Source: Candidatus Hydrogenedentota bacterium
GTDB taxonomy: Bacteria > Hydrogenedentota > Hydrogenedentia > Hydrogenedentales > JAEUWI01
DNA: 64,000 nucleotides
Direction of reading: 5' to 3'
NCBI GenBank assembly: GCA_034669905.1
Contig: JAXMOL010000021.1
Coordinates: 1 to 64,000, forward strand
The translations under genes were made by a program, and so were the position numbers. Every line of letters begins with the position of its first letter. Position 1 is the stretch's first letter. Under the pieces are notes generated by a model. That model was not told where the DNA came from and made no database searches. It saw only the letters and a program-made list of their open reading frames with translations. Positions 9,282-19,528 of the stretch are shown piece by piece.

Positions 9282-10748
9282 CTAGTTGTTGCCGGTAAAT
9301 CCCACGAAATTCTTTCGACCGTTCCCCAGGAAATACCCGAAGAAGCTCTGCAGGCCATGATACTTGGCCTTCACATCGGACCAGGAACTGATATTGCGCA
9401 ACATCCGCAACATCTGGGTGGGACGCAAGTAAAACTCCCGCAGGCCGATATCGACCAACTCATTGATGTCGTCATTGCTCAGGCCCTCCAGATTGATGGT
9501 GGGGGCCTGCTCGTAATCGTCGGTCACCCAATCCCGCCAGTCTTTTGGAATGAGGGAGCCAGACTCCTTGGCCCAATCGTAATAGGAAGTCCCGGGATAG
9601 GCGACCACACCGGTAAACTGGGCCGTATCGATTTTGAGCTCTTTCGACATCTTGATGGTCTTCATGGCGGTTTCACGGGACTCTTCGGGACCGCCCACCA
9701 TGAAGCAACCATGAATGCGTAATTTCGCCTTGGCGGCGTTTTCCGCAAAGGTATACATCTGGTCAACCGTGGTGCCCTTTTTGGTGTTGTTGAGAATCTT
9801 CTGGTCACCAAATTCAAAGCCGACACAAAGCATCCGGCAGCCGGAACGTTTCATGAGACGGAGGGTCTCCAGGTCGTTCAGATCGACCCGGGCATTGGCG
9901 CTCCAGGAAAGCTTGAGGTCACGCCGGATAATTTCTTCACACAAGGCCTGAAGTCGTTCCCGGGCAATCCGCATCGTGAGTGTGTCGTCTTCAAACATGA
10001 CTTCCCGAAGCCCCGGGATAATCTTCTTGTTGTATTCCATTTCATCCACCACTCGCTCCACACTGTGGGTGCGATAGCGGTGGCCATTCATGACCTGGGG
10101 GATCTGGCAATAGGAACAGCGATAGCGGCAACCCCGGCCGGTAATCGCGGTCACGAAGGGGAAGAGCTTGGCACCGTCTTTGTAATTGTTCATGTCGAGG
10201 TGATGCCAGGCAGGAAAGGGCAACTCGTCCAAATCCTCGATATAGGGCATATCGGGATTCTCTTTGTACACATCGCCCTCCATGTAGGAGACGCCTTTAC
10301 AATCCTGCACCGACGTGCCCGCTGCGAGGTCGCGGAGGATGTAGTCGAATTCATGCCGGGCCACCGCATCCACGGCACCATTGGCGGCGCGCAGGGTGGA
10401 TTCGGGTTCGGCAGAAACGTGGGGACCCACCATGACATGGAGGCCGCCGACCGCTTCTTTGCAGAGCCGGGCGGATTCAATATCTGCGTAGATGGAAGGG
10501 GTTGTGGCCTGATACACCGTCATATCCGGCTTGAACGCCTTGAGGTGCTTCTCGATAAACTCGGGCGTGGGCATATTCATGGCCTGGGTGTCCATGAATA
10601 GCAATTCGTGGCCGTGCTGTTCAATGACGCCAGCGGCGGTCGCCAGATAGTCGGGATGGCGTTGAACACGTCCACGCGACCGGGCAAACCACCGAGCCGA
10701 CTTGGTGAAGTCTTTCCCAAACATTGGGTTTACCACTGCTACCCGCAT
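9282..10748 (-). CDS. B12-binding-domain radical SAM protein (HpnJ/BchE-like class)
   Basis: GRGCRYRCSYC (CxxxCxxC), N-terminal cobalamin-binding fold (VGPHVS), FEDDT, GFEFG; AAGGAG RBS before ATG 10748. Confidence 0.9.
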   Translation of the reverse strand: MRVAVVNPMFGKDFTKSARWFARSRGRVQRHPDYLATAAGVIEQHGHELLFMDTQAMNMPTPEFIEKHLKAFKPDMTVYQATTPSIYADIESARLCKEAVGGLHVMVGPHVSAEPESTLRAANGAVDAVARHEFDYILRDLAAGTSVQDCKGVSYMEGDVYKENPDMPYIEDLDELPFPAWHHLDMNNYKDGAKLFPFVTAITGRGCRYRCSYCQIPQVMNGHRYRTHSVERVVDEMEYNKKIIPGLREVMFEDDTLTMRIARERLQALCEEIIRRDLKLSWSANARVDLNDLETLRLMKRSGCRMLCVGFEFGDQKILNNTKKGTTVDQMYTFAENAAKAKLRIHGCFMVGGPEESRETAMKTIKMSKELKIDTAQFTGVVAYPGTSYYDWAKESGSLIPKDWRDWVTDDYEQAPTINLEGLSNDDINELVDIGLREFYLRPTQMLRMLRNISSWSDVKAKYHGLQSFFGYFLGNGRKNFVGFTGNN

Positions 10749-10922
10749 TTTCTGCACTCCTTGCAAAGAATTTATTGTGGTTTGAATGCCCGTAAATCAA
10801 ACAATTCAATACCGTTAGATATTTCCGGTTCCTTCCGAAGCTATCTCCTATTTCACGGTATGATCCAGTATATCACATGTGTTCGATGCGCGTGCGAGGA
10901 AATTCAAGCCCCTGTTTCCGGG

Positions 10923-11378
10923 TCAGTCTCGCCAGATATTGCCCAGGTAGGTTTCCTGCTCCGAGCGCTCTCCCTGCAGCAGGCTCACCAGCGTCGGGGC
11001 AAAGTCGGGGCGTAAAGGGATCTGCGTAAGCTCCGGGATCGGATGGAACGCAACATCGACGATGCGCTCGTCAATGCCCAGGGCGGGGCGTCCGCGGACA
11101 ATGGTTGCCTCGAAATAGAGATTGACGATATGGCGCCCTCCCTTCGGAGCAATAGAATCGTTGGCAAAGAGCAGGGGCCCCACGGTGGCGGTAATACACA
11201 ACTCTTCCCGGAGCTCCCGGGCCAGCGCGTCGGAAAGGGATTCGCCATAGTCAACCCCGCCGCCGGGCAGCATCCAATAGGCGACGCCGTTTTTCTCGTG
11301 GCGGACGAGGAGTAATTCATCGTTTTCGACGATCACGGCGGCGACGCGGATTCGGGGGTGTTTCAGGGTTTCGGTCAT
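10923..11378 (-). CDS. NUDIX hydrolase
   Basis: Nudix box GGGVDYGESLSDALARELREEL. Confidence 0.92.
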   Translation of the reverse strand: MTETLKHPRIRVAAVIVENDELLLVRHEKNGVAYWMLPGGGVDYGESLSDALARELREELCITATVGPLLFANDSIAPKGGRHIVNLYFEATIVRGRPALGIDERIVDVAFHPIPELTQIPLRPDFAPTLVSLLQGERSEQETYLGNIWRD

Positions 11379-11530
11379 CGATTTCCTGTTCAGTCAGCGG
11401 CCGGGGGATATTGCTTGCAATGATTTTGGCCGCCACGTAAGATGATTTTCGGCGCAATGGGCGTGACGCGCTCTGTGAGCGTAAGGCAAGAAAATCATGA
11501 AATGCAAACCAGACAAGAGGAAGAGCACCT

Positions 11531-12631
11531 ATGAAATCTATTTTGTTCCGGCGTTTCGCAACGCCATTGGCCCTCGTGATGATGGCGGCCGCCACGATGA
11601 CGACCGCTGAAGCGAAGGCCGAAGCCCTCTGGCCCCTCGAGTTTGCGGACAATGTCCGCGAGCACGGTGGTTCCGTGAGTTTTGTGTTTGGCGCGAAACG
11701 TCCCTTCGCCCAGTGCCATGCCTCGACGGTGACGGAGATGAGCGATGGTCGTCTCATCGCCGCCTGGTTTGGTGGTACGGCCGAAAAAGACGACGATGTC
11801 GGAATCTGGTACTCCGTTCAGGAAGAAGGCAAGTGGTCCGCACCGACCCGTGCGGCGAAGGTGGACAACACGCCCCACTGGAATCCTGTCCTCATGACCG
11901 ATGAAACGGGTGAGATTCACCTGTTTTTCAAGATTGGCAAAGAGATTCCCTATTGGCAGACCTACTGGATGCACAGCAAGGACGGAAAAAACTGGAGCAA
12001 GCCGGAGGAGTTGGTCGAAGGGGATAAGGGCGGCCGCGGTCCGGTGAAGAACAAGGCCATTATCCTGAAAGACGGCACCTGGCTTGCACCTGCCTCCACC
12101 GAGCTGGACGGCTGGAATGCCTTCGCTGATCGTTCCACGGATCGGGGTAAGACCTGGACCCGTTCCGACGATTTTGAAATTGACAAGACGAAGCTCAAAG
12201 GCAAGGGGGTGATTCAGCCGACCTTCTGGGAATCCAAGCCCAACGAAGTGCACGCCATGCTCCGCTCGACGGGCGGACAGATTTGGCGCAGCGATTCGTC
12301 GGACGGTGGCAAGACCTGGACCCCCATCTACGACACCGGCCTGCCGAACAATAACAGTGGCATTGATGCCCTGCTCCTCGAAGATGGTCGCCTTCTGCTG
12401 GTTTACAATCCCGTGCCCGGCAACTGGAAGGCCCGTACCCCCCTCGATCTGGCCGTGTCCGAAGACAACGGTAAGACCTGGCGTACCATTGCCCATCTGG
12501 AAGCGGATGCGGATTTGGGCAGCGAGTTCTCCTACCCGGCGATTATTCGCACGAAGACCGGAATCGCCATCACCTACACCTATTTGCGTGAGCGGGTGCG
12601 CTGCTGGCAGATCCCCCTCGAAGCGCTCTAA
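11531..12631 (+). CDS. Secreted BNR/Asp-box beta-propeller (sialidase-like)
   Basis: Signal peptide; HAST, AWFGG.E; Asp-boxes STDRGKTW, SSDGGKTW, SEDNGKTW; FSYP. Confidence 0.88.
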   Translation: MKSILFRRFATPLALVMMAAATMTTAEAKAEALWPLEFADNVREHGGSVSFVFGAKRPFAQCHASTVTEMSDGRLIAAWFGGTAEKDDDVGIWYSVQEEGKWSAPTRAAKVDNTPHWNPVLMTDETGEIHLFFKIGKEIPYWQTYWMHSKDGKNWSKPEELVEGDKGGRGPVKNKAIILKDGTWLAPASTELDGWNAFADRSTDRGKTWTRSDDFEIDKTKLKGKGVIQPTFWESKPNEVHAMLRSTGGQIWRSDSSDGGKTWTPIYDTGLPNNNSGIDALLLEDGRLLLVYNPVPGNWKARTPLDLAVSEDNGKTWRTIAHLEADADLGSEFSYPAIIRTKTGIAITYTYLRERVRCWQIPLEAL

Positions 12632-12655
12632 GTCTCAAATTTCTATCGCGATGTT

Positions 12656-12685
12656 CAGGGAGGGTTCCCATGGGAACCCTCCCTG
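12656..12685. terminator. Perfect 30-bp palindrome, probable terminator
   Basis: CAGGGAGGGTTCCCA-TGGGAACCCTCCCTG, 24 nt after the stop at 12631. Confidence 0.65.
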
Positions 12686-12903
12686 TTGCTATCTGGTCGG
12701 GGAGTATTTCGAGCAAAGGGTCGTGGGCAGCCGGAAAATCCATAAAGTTTCACGCTTCATAGCCGATAGACAGGGTATCTGCGGGGTTGGCTATCGGGTT
12801 TTACCCGTTTATTCTTGACAAAAATGGCGTGCAGGCGCGATGATGACAGGGGTGTGCCACAGGGGCACGCGACGATCGCAGCAGTTCAGCAGAAGGGCCC
12901 GGT

Positions 12904-15306
12904 ATGATGCGTAATACCCGAATTACCCTGCCCTATTCGCTCTGCCTCGTGCTCGCCATGGTGGCGGTCTTCAGCCTGGTTGCCGTCGTAGTGGGGGGCA
13001 TGGCCTATCGTGACAGCCGGGCAGCCCGGGAAACACTCGCCTTGGAAGTTCTCTCGGATGCGCTCGAAGCCGCCCAAGAGCGACTTTCCGATCAGATCGA
13101 GCCCGCACGGGACCATTTGCATTTGGTACAGCGCTGGATTGTTCAGGGGACCCTCGCCCGAGAACGGGTGGACCACTGGTCCACCTTACTCCTGCCTCCG
13201 CTGGAAAAGCGCAATGGGGTGATGTCGCTGGGGGTGGTCACTGATGGGGGCCTTCTTTGGCAAGCCAGCCGCCGCCAGGAAGGCTGGTCAGGACGCTGGT
13301 CGGCAGACTCCGATTTTGAATCACCGCCTGCGGAAACTACGTGGGATGCTTTCGGACGTTCCTTGCGCCACGGTGCGGGCAAGTCTTCTGATATGGAAAG
13401 CGGGTATGCGACTGCGTTGCAAGTCTTCCGCGAACGTAAAAACAGGGACCCGGACTTCCTGTACGTCCAGGCGGAACGCATCGACGCGGCCTCGGAGACC
13501 CTGTTCCTGGCCTTGGACCTCGGAACCGCGTTGGGAGCGCCAGGCATTATTGCGATGGAACTGCGCATTCCCCGAGCGGTTTCGGGGGAAACATCATCTC
13601 CTGGCTCCGCTACGGTGCTCCAATCCGACCCCGGTGGGAAGCGTCTGGCCTGTCTGGAAGAAAGCCATACCCTGGACTTGCTGACCACCCAGGCGGTCCC
13701 ACAACACGCCAGTCTGGCGTTACGCACCTTGTTTCCGGCACCCACCGCTCCGGGCGATGCCCGCTGGTTCGGTGCCCGTCCCTATGCCATCGGCCCCGAA
13801 TACGCTTGGTGGATCGTGGCGTCCGTTGGGGAGGGGGCCCTGCCCGAACCCGCGCTACCCCTGGTGCAGTATGGACTGGTGGGTCTCCTCGTGGGCCTGG
13901 TGGGTACGGTGGGCGTGGCCGCGACGATGGGTTGGAAAATCAGTGCCCCTTTGGCGCTGATTGCCCGTCGTGCAAACGGTATTCAGTCCATGGATGAACA
14001 TTACCTTCCCTGGCCGAACTCCCGCTTTACCGAGGTCAACCAGCTGACCTCTGCGTTGGAAGATCTCTACGAGAGCGCGGTAGAGCACTTGGATTATCAC
14101 GATGCACCCCTCGTGGTGTGGGGTCAGGAAGAAGCGCTGTCTGATACCGAGGGAGTCCTCGACGCCGAGCCCTTGAAACGTCATATCAATCTACATGGCA
14201 GCCGGGAGGATACGTCAGGGGACATCGACGAGCGTCCCGGTCCTGTCATCAATGTTTCCGGTGAGACCAACGCCGTTGCCGCGGTGCCCGCCGCCCAGTT
14301 GCAGGTGCTCCATGGTTCCCGGAAAGAGGTGCGGCGCCTTCAAAGCCAACTGGCCGGCGCCTATGAGGAATTGCGGACGGCCGATGCCCATTTCCAGCAA
14401 GGGGAGGAACGACAAAAACGTCAGCGGGCCGCCCTCGTGGAATTGGACAAGCAGCTTCAGGCCGAAGGGGCTATCACCCGGGCGAGCCTTCAGCGAATCC
14501 AGGAAGTCTTGTCGGCACGCGTGGTGGGATTCTGGCGTCTTCAATCCGACAAGGAGTGGTTTCGATTACGGCTCTCGACGGACGAGGAGGCCGATGTGCC
14601 CCCCCTTCCCAACCACATTTTCCTGCGGGCCCTGTTACAGGACGAATTGGTCGTTTCGACCCGCGATGTCTCAAGTGATCCGCGATTCAGCCCCTTGCGG
14701 GAACACCCGCTGTGGCGGAATGTCCATGGGGCGATGATGCTGGTTCCTCTGAAGTTCCGCGCCCACCTGCTCGGCTTTTTTGCGGTAGAACATGGTCGGG
14801 CCATGGGGGTATGGAAACGGGACGAAGAGACCTTCGTGTCGAGTTGCGCCATTCAATGCACCATGGTGCTCGGTAGTTCCCTGCACATTAAGGATCGCCA
14901 TCCCGCCGTGACGGGCAGTGGCATGGCGGGGCCCGAAGCGCTCGCCGCCGACGGGGGAGAGGAGCTTGCCGTAGACAGGGCTGTGGGCGTGCGCTGGGAA
15001 ACGGACCTCGCCGGCTGTATCAAAGCACTGGAAGGGGACGTCGCGGGGCTCTTCGGGTACGCTCCGGAAGCGTTACTCGGACAACCGGTGACCTTTCTCT
15101 CCGAGAAGCAACAGGGCGAGCGGGACCTCGCCCAACTCCAGCGGATCCTTTCCGGGGAGGCCTGTGTGGGCTATGAAACCCGGTTGCGGACGGTCCACGG
15201 GGCGGATGTTCGCCTTCAGGTGTGGGCCGAAGTCCAGCGCGACACCACGGGCCGGGTGGTGGGGGTGCGGGGCTCGGCGGTGCCGCTTTCGGTCCCCGTT
15301 TCCTGA
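12904..15306 (+). CDS. Membrane sensor-like protein: TM-extracytoplasmic domain-TM-HAMP-like-coiled coil-GAF-PAS, no output domain
   Basis: Two TM segments; ISAPLALIARRA...EVNQLTSALE (HAMP-like); GAF signature DPRF...AMMLVPL...LLGFFAVE...W..DE; PAS LFGYAPEALLGQ...RDTTGRVVGVRG. Confidence 0.75.
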   Translation: MMRNTRITLPYSLCLVLAMVAVFSLVAVVVGGMAYRDSRAARETLALEVLSDALEAAQERLSDQIEPARDHLHLVQRWIVQGTLARERVDHWSTLLLPPLEKRNGVMSLGVVTDGGLLWQASRRQEGWSGRWSADSDFESPPAETTWDAFGRSLRHGAGKSSDMESGYATALQVFRERKNRDPDFLYVQAERIDAASETLFLALDLGTALGAPGIIAMELRIPRAVSGETSSPGSATVLQSDPGGKRLACLEESHTLDLLTTQAVPQHASLALRTLFPAPTAPGDARWFGARPYAIGPEYAWWIVASVGEGALPEPALPLVQYGLVGLLVGLVGTVGVAATMGWKISAPLALIARRANGIQSMDEHYLPWPNSRFTEVNQLTSALEDLYESAVEHLDYHDAPLVVWGQEEALSDTEGVLDAEPLKRHINLHGSREDTSGDIDERPGPVINVSGETNAVAAVPAAQLQVLHGSRKEVRRLQSQLAGAYEELRTADAHFQQGEERQKRQRAALVELDKQLQAEGAITRASLQRIQEVLSARVVGFWRLQSDKEWFRLRLSTDEEADVPPLPNHIFLRALLQDELVVSTRDVSSDPRFSPLREHPLWRNVHGAMMLVPLKFRAHLLGFFAVEHGRAMGVWKRDEETFVSSCAIQCTMVLGSSLHIKDRHPAVTGSGMAGPEALAADGGEELAVDRAVGVRWETDLAGCIKALEGDVAGLFGYAPEALLGQPVTFLSEKQQGERDLAQLQRILSGEACVGYETRLRTVHGADVRLQVWAEVQRDTTGRVVGVRGSAVPLSVPVS

Positions 15307-15591
15307 AAGAGGGCGAATTGAGGTGGCTTCCATGGCCGCTAGCCAATATGGTATAACCGTATTCGATTCTTAATCAGTTGCGTATGTGATCCTTTCTCCC
15401 GGCAAGGCACTCCAACGCAGCAATCCGCGCCCACTGTGCGACCCTGTCAGATCTTCGTATCTGTGTCCCGGAAATCCGTGGCAAATTATCACTTCAGGGA
15501 CTATGCTCTTTCATCCACGTTGCGTACGAGCAGGTCGGGATGTCGTGTGCACTCATATAAAGCAACAACCCAAAAAGGAGTAATACCCATT

Positions 15592-17811
15592 ATGTTCCGG
15601 AACCTTGTAATTGGGCTGGCCACGTTGGTGGGCGCTGCGGGAAGTTCCCCGGTGCTTGCGGACACGCCACCCGCTGTTGTGGGCACCTTTGGACAGGAAG
15701 TATCCGCGACCTACACCACTGCGGAAGGGCTTCCTTCCAATAATGTTGTCCATCTGGCTATTGTGGAAGGTAAGGTTGTGGCGGTAACCGACAAAGGCGT
15801 CGCCCGCTTTGAAGGGGGTACCTGGAAAGTTGACCCCTATTCCACCCAGGACCCCCGTTTTAACGACGCCTTGTGGCGGGATGAGTACCGGATTATCGCA
15901 TCGGATCGCGGACTGTTCCGTCGCGGTGAAGACGGCGAATCCGGGGAATTGATTGCCGGCACGGCGCATCAGCTCGCGGAGTCTCCGGAAGGTATCATCT
16001 ACGCCGCTACCGAAACCGGTCTCTATCAGGGAGATGGTACGACCTTCACGGCGGTGGAAGTCCATGACGGCATGGGACGTACCTGGGGTACGAGTGATGT
16101 CCGGGGCGTGGCCTTTGATGGTGAAGGCCGTCTCTGGTTCGCAACCTTGGCGGGTGTGGCCTCTCTTGCGGGCGATACCTGGACTTTCTACACCGGTCAG
16201 GACGGACTTCCGTACAATGACTTTACCAGTGTCGGTGGCGCGCCCAATGGGGACATCTGGTTTGGTACCCACCTGGGCGCCATTCGGTACGACGGCGAAA
16301 CGTGGTCCTACCGTCAGGGACGCCGCTGGCTCCCCGATGACGACGTCCGCGACATCGCCATCGATTCCGAAGGTACTGCCTGGTTTGCCACCAGCAAAGG
16401 TGTGGGGGCCATCAAGCGCATTCCCATGACCCTGGCGGAAAAAGCCGAGTTTTATGAAAATGAAGCCGAGAAGTATATTCGCCGCACACCTTTTGGGTAC
16501 CTCTCGGAAGTCTCCACGGCCGCGCCGGGTGACCGCAGTGACATTACCTACCATGACAGCGACAATGACGGGCTTTGGACCAGCATGTATGGTGCCGGTG
16601 AAGCCTTCGCCTATGGAGCCACCAAGGATCCGAAGGCCAAAGACCGCGCCAAGCGCGCTTTTGAAGCCCTGCGCTTCCTGCAGAAGGTGACCCAGACCGG
16701 TGACATTCGTCCGCCCAAAGGCTATGTGGCCCGGACCATTCGCTCCACCGACCTGCCCGACCCCAATGATGGTCGTGTAGAGCGCGATAAGAAACACCGG
16801 GAGACGGATGACTCCGAATGGAAAGTTTACGAGCCCCGTTGGCCCAAGAGCGGCGACGGGAAATACTACTGGAAAAGTGATACCAGCTCCGACGAGTTGG
16901 ATGGGCACTACTTCTTCTATCCGCTCTACTATGATCTGGTGGCCGAAACGCCCGAAGAGAAGGAGCGGGTTCGTGAAGTCGTTCGTGACCTGACCGACCA
17001 TATCCTCGCCCACAACTACACCCTCACCGACCACGATGGCACGCCCACCCGCTGGTCGGACTACAGCCCCGAATCCCTCAACCACAGCTGGGTCTGGTGG
17101 TCGGAACGTGGCCTCAAGTCCCTGAGCATGCTGTCCTACCTCACGGTAGCGGAGTACATGACCGGTGATCAGAAGTACACCGATCACATCAACAAGCTCA
17201 TGGCAGAACATGCCTACGACACCAACGCCATGGTCACAAAGATTCAGCGTGGCGTCGGTTCGGGCAACCAGTCCGATGACGAGATGGCCATGATGTGCTA
17301 CTACAACCTCGTCAAGTACACCAAGAATGAGGAATTGAAGCAGGATATGCTCTATTCCTTCTATTCCTATTACATCCTCACCGAGCCGGAGATGAATCCC
17401 TTCTTCAACTTCGCTTACGCCGCCTTTGGACAGGACGCAACCTACAAGAACCCCTGGGGCGTCCATCCCATTCCGCCGTGGGACGGTTGGCTGACCGACA
17501 GTATGGACACACTGCTGGACTTCCCGTTGGACCGCTTCAACTGGTCGCATAAGAACAGCCACCGGTTGGACATCGTTCGTTTGAACCGTCAGGCGGCCTT
17601 CGAACCCGCGGAGCCGGATCGGCCCATCGGTCGCGGTTATCGGAATAATGGCAAGGTGTTGCCCGTTTCCGAGCGGCACTTCAACCACTGGAACACGGAC
17701 CCCTGGCGTCTCGACTATGGTGGCAATGGAACCCAACTGGGTAGTGGAACGGTCTTCCTCCTTCCCTACTACATGGGGCTCTACCACGGGTTTATCGAAA
17801 CCGTCGAGTAA
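15592..17811 (+). CDS. Secreted protein: regulator-type beta-propeller repeats plus a helical, probably (alpha/alpha)n catalytic domain
   Basis: AAAAGGAG RBS and signal peptide; repeats GLPSNNV, GLPYNDF, WLPDDDVRDIAID..G..WFAT; C-terminal half rich in D/E/Y/W (DNDGLWT, DTSSDELDGH). Confidence 0.75.
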   Translation: MFRNLVIGLATLVGAAGSSPVLADTPPAVVGTFGQEVSATYTTAEGLPSNNVVHLAIVEGKVVAVTDKGVARFEGGTWKVDPYSTQDPRFNDALWRDEYRIIASDRGLFRRGEDGESGELIAGTAHQLAESPEGIIYAATETGLYQGDGTTFTAVEVHDGMGRTWGTSDVRGVAFDGEGRLWFATLAGVASLAGDTWTFYTGQDGLPYNDFTSVGGAPNGDIWFGTHLGAIRYDGETWSYRQGRRWLPDDDVRDIAIDSEGTAWFATSKGVGAIKRIPMTLAEKAEFYENEAEKYIRRTPFGYLSEVSTAAPGDRSDITYHDSDNDGLWTSMYGAGEAFAYGATKDPKAKDRAKRAFEALRFLQKVTQTGDIRPPKGYVARTIRSTDLPDPNDGRVERDKKHRETDDSEWKVYEPRWPKSGDGKYYWKSDTSSDELDGHYFFYPLYYDLVAETPEEKERVREVVRDLTDHILAHNYTLTDHDGTPTRWSDYSPESLNHSWVWWSERGLKSLSMLSYLTVAEYMTGDQKYTDHINKLMAEHAYDTNAMVTKIQRGVGSGNQSDDEMAMMCYYNLVKYTKNEELKQDMLYSFYSYYILTEPEMNPFFNFAYAAFGQDATYKNPWGVHPIPPWDGWLTDSMDTLLDFPLDRFNWSHKNSHRLDIVRLNRQAAFEPAEPDRPIGRGYRNNGKVLPVSERHFNHWNTDPWRLDYGGNGTQLGSGTVFLLPYYMGLYHGFIETVE

Positions 17812-17833
17812 GGCTTGATCACGACCTGAATAC

Positions 17834-17871
17834 ATCCGCGCTGCGAGGCTTCTCGTGGCGCGGATTTTTTT
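17834..17871 (+). terminator. Rho-independent terminator
   Basis: ATCCGCGCTGCGAG/CTCGTGGCGCGGAT stem followed by a T-tract. Confidence 0.85.
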
Positions 17872-18133
17872 GTGGGCTCATGGTTAATCCAGGAAGGCCC
17901 CTCAGGAAAGACAACTCCTGGGGAATAGCCGCTTCGTGTCACTCCTCCCGGAGCGCTTCCTCTCCCTCCCTGGCGCCGCTTTGATGTATTGCCCACGGGC
18001 CTCGAATGCCGTGAGTAAGCCCACCCCGTATTGACACCGTAATAGCACGGCTGATAGCGTTGCAGGGTTCTTTTAGCGGCGTGCGCCCAAACGGTGAGTT
18101 CGGGCCTTCAATGAACTACAATCGGAGTTTGCT

Positions 18134-19522
18134 ATGCTCAGGCGTTTTACTTTTCTTGTTCTACTTTTTTCGCTTCTGTCGGGGCTTTGTGGATTGGAAG
18201 ATGCCCAGGGGCAAGCGACCACAGCGCCCCTCACCGTCAGCGAAAACGGGCGCTATCTTGTTCATTCGGATGGCACGCCCTTTTTCTATCTCGGGGATAC
18301 GGCCTGGGAACTCTTTCATCGATTGAATAGGGAAGAGGCGGATACCTATTTGCGCAATCGGGCCGAGAAGGGTTACACGGTCATCCAGGCGGTAGTCATC
18401 GCGGAAATCAGCGGCCTTACCCGTGGAAATGCCTACGGGGATAAGCCCTTTATTGCCCAGGACTCCGCACGGCCCCGGGAATCCTATTTTGCCCATGTGG
18501 ACTGGATCGTGAATCGGGCGGAATCGTTGGGACTCTATGTGGGCATGCTGCCCACGTGGGGCCGCTGGGTTGGAGGCAATGATGAAGGCCGGGATTACAA
18601 CGATTTTTTCAACGCGGGCAATGCCGAGGCCTATGGGGCCTTCCTGGCAAAGCGGTATCAGGATAAGCCCATCATATGGATTCTGGGCGGGGACCGACAG
18701 CCCACAAAGAGTCGGGCGGTCTGGGATGCCATGGCCAGGGGTATCCGTGGAGTCGTCGGGAAAAGACAATTGATCTCTTACCACCCCCGAACCGATTCTT
18801 CAACCGAGTTACACGATGCGTCGTGGCTCGATTTCAATATGATTCAGAGTGGCCACTCTCCGGAGAGCACCAATTACTCCGCCATCGAGCGGGACTACGC
18901 ATTGATGCCCGTAAAGCCCTGCATGGATTCGGAGCCGGCCTATGAGTATCCCCCCGATGCCATGCCAGAGAATCGTCCCGTTGGCGCCATACAGGTCCGT
19001 CGCAATGCCTATTGGGCTCTTTTTGCCGGGGCCCATGGTCACACCTATGGCACCCACCCGATTTGGCAGATGTTTGATGAGGGGCGCAAGCCCCGCTGGG
19101 ATGTGACAACGCCCTGGCACCAGAGTATGGACCTGCCGGGCGCCAGTCAGCTGCCCTATCTGAAGCGCCTCATGCGGAGCCGCCCCTTATTGACGCGTAT
19201 TCCCGATCAGGCAATCCTCGTTTCGGAGAATCCCGGTGGTGTTGCCCGGATTCAGGCGACGCGCGACGGTCAAGCGGGTGCCCGGGATGCCACGTATCTC
19301 ATGGTGTATTTCCCCCGGTATGCGTCGGCAACGATTTCTACGGGCCTGCTGGGCGGGGAGAGGCTGGCGGGATGGTGGTTCAATCCGCGTACGGGGGAGA
19401 GTACCTCCATGGGCTCCTGGGCCAGGACCGACGTCTATGAAGTGGCCCCGCCGACCAACGTTTCGGGCGAAGACTGGGTCCTCGTCATCGATGATGCCGC
19501 CAAGGGCTATGGGGCACCATAA
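18134..19522 (+). CDS. DUF4038 (GH140 apiosidase-like) secreted glycoside hydrolase
   Basis: NGRYL..DGTPFFYLGDTAW, WILGGD, QSGH, EPAYE, GHTYG, and C-terminal WFNPRTG...DWVLV. Confidence 0.88.
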   Translation: MLRRFTFLVLLFSLLSGLCGLEDAQGQATTAPLTVSENGRYLVHSDGTPFFYLGDTAWELFHRLNREEADTYLRNRAEKGYTVIQAVVIAEISGLTRGNAYGDKPFIAQDSARPRESYFAHVDWIVNRAESLGLYVGMLPTWGRWVGGNDEGRDYNDFFNAGNAEAYGAFLAKRYQDKPIIWILGGDRQPTKSRAVWDAMARGIRGVVGKRQLISYHPRTDSSTELHDASWLDFNMIQSGHSPESTNYSAIERDYALMPVKPCMDSEPAYEYPPDAMPENRPVGAIQVRRNAYWALFAGAHGHTYGTHPIWQMFDEGRKPRWDVTTPWHQSMDLPGASQLPYLKRLMRSRPLLTRIPDQAILVSENPGGVARIQATRDGQAGARDATYLMVYFPRYASATISTGLLGGERLAGWWFNPRTGESTSMGSWARTDVYEVAPPTNVSGEDWVLVIDDAAKGYGAP

Positions 19523-19528
19523 GGGAAG

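Noticed and set aside
15553..17835. Long antisense ORFs (also 24418-25893, 31207-32853, 34578-36047, 41140-43116, 52440-53846)
   Set aside because: These are shadow ORFs opposite well-supported genes, expected from GC3-biased codon usage, with no family motifs.
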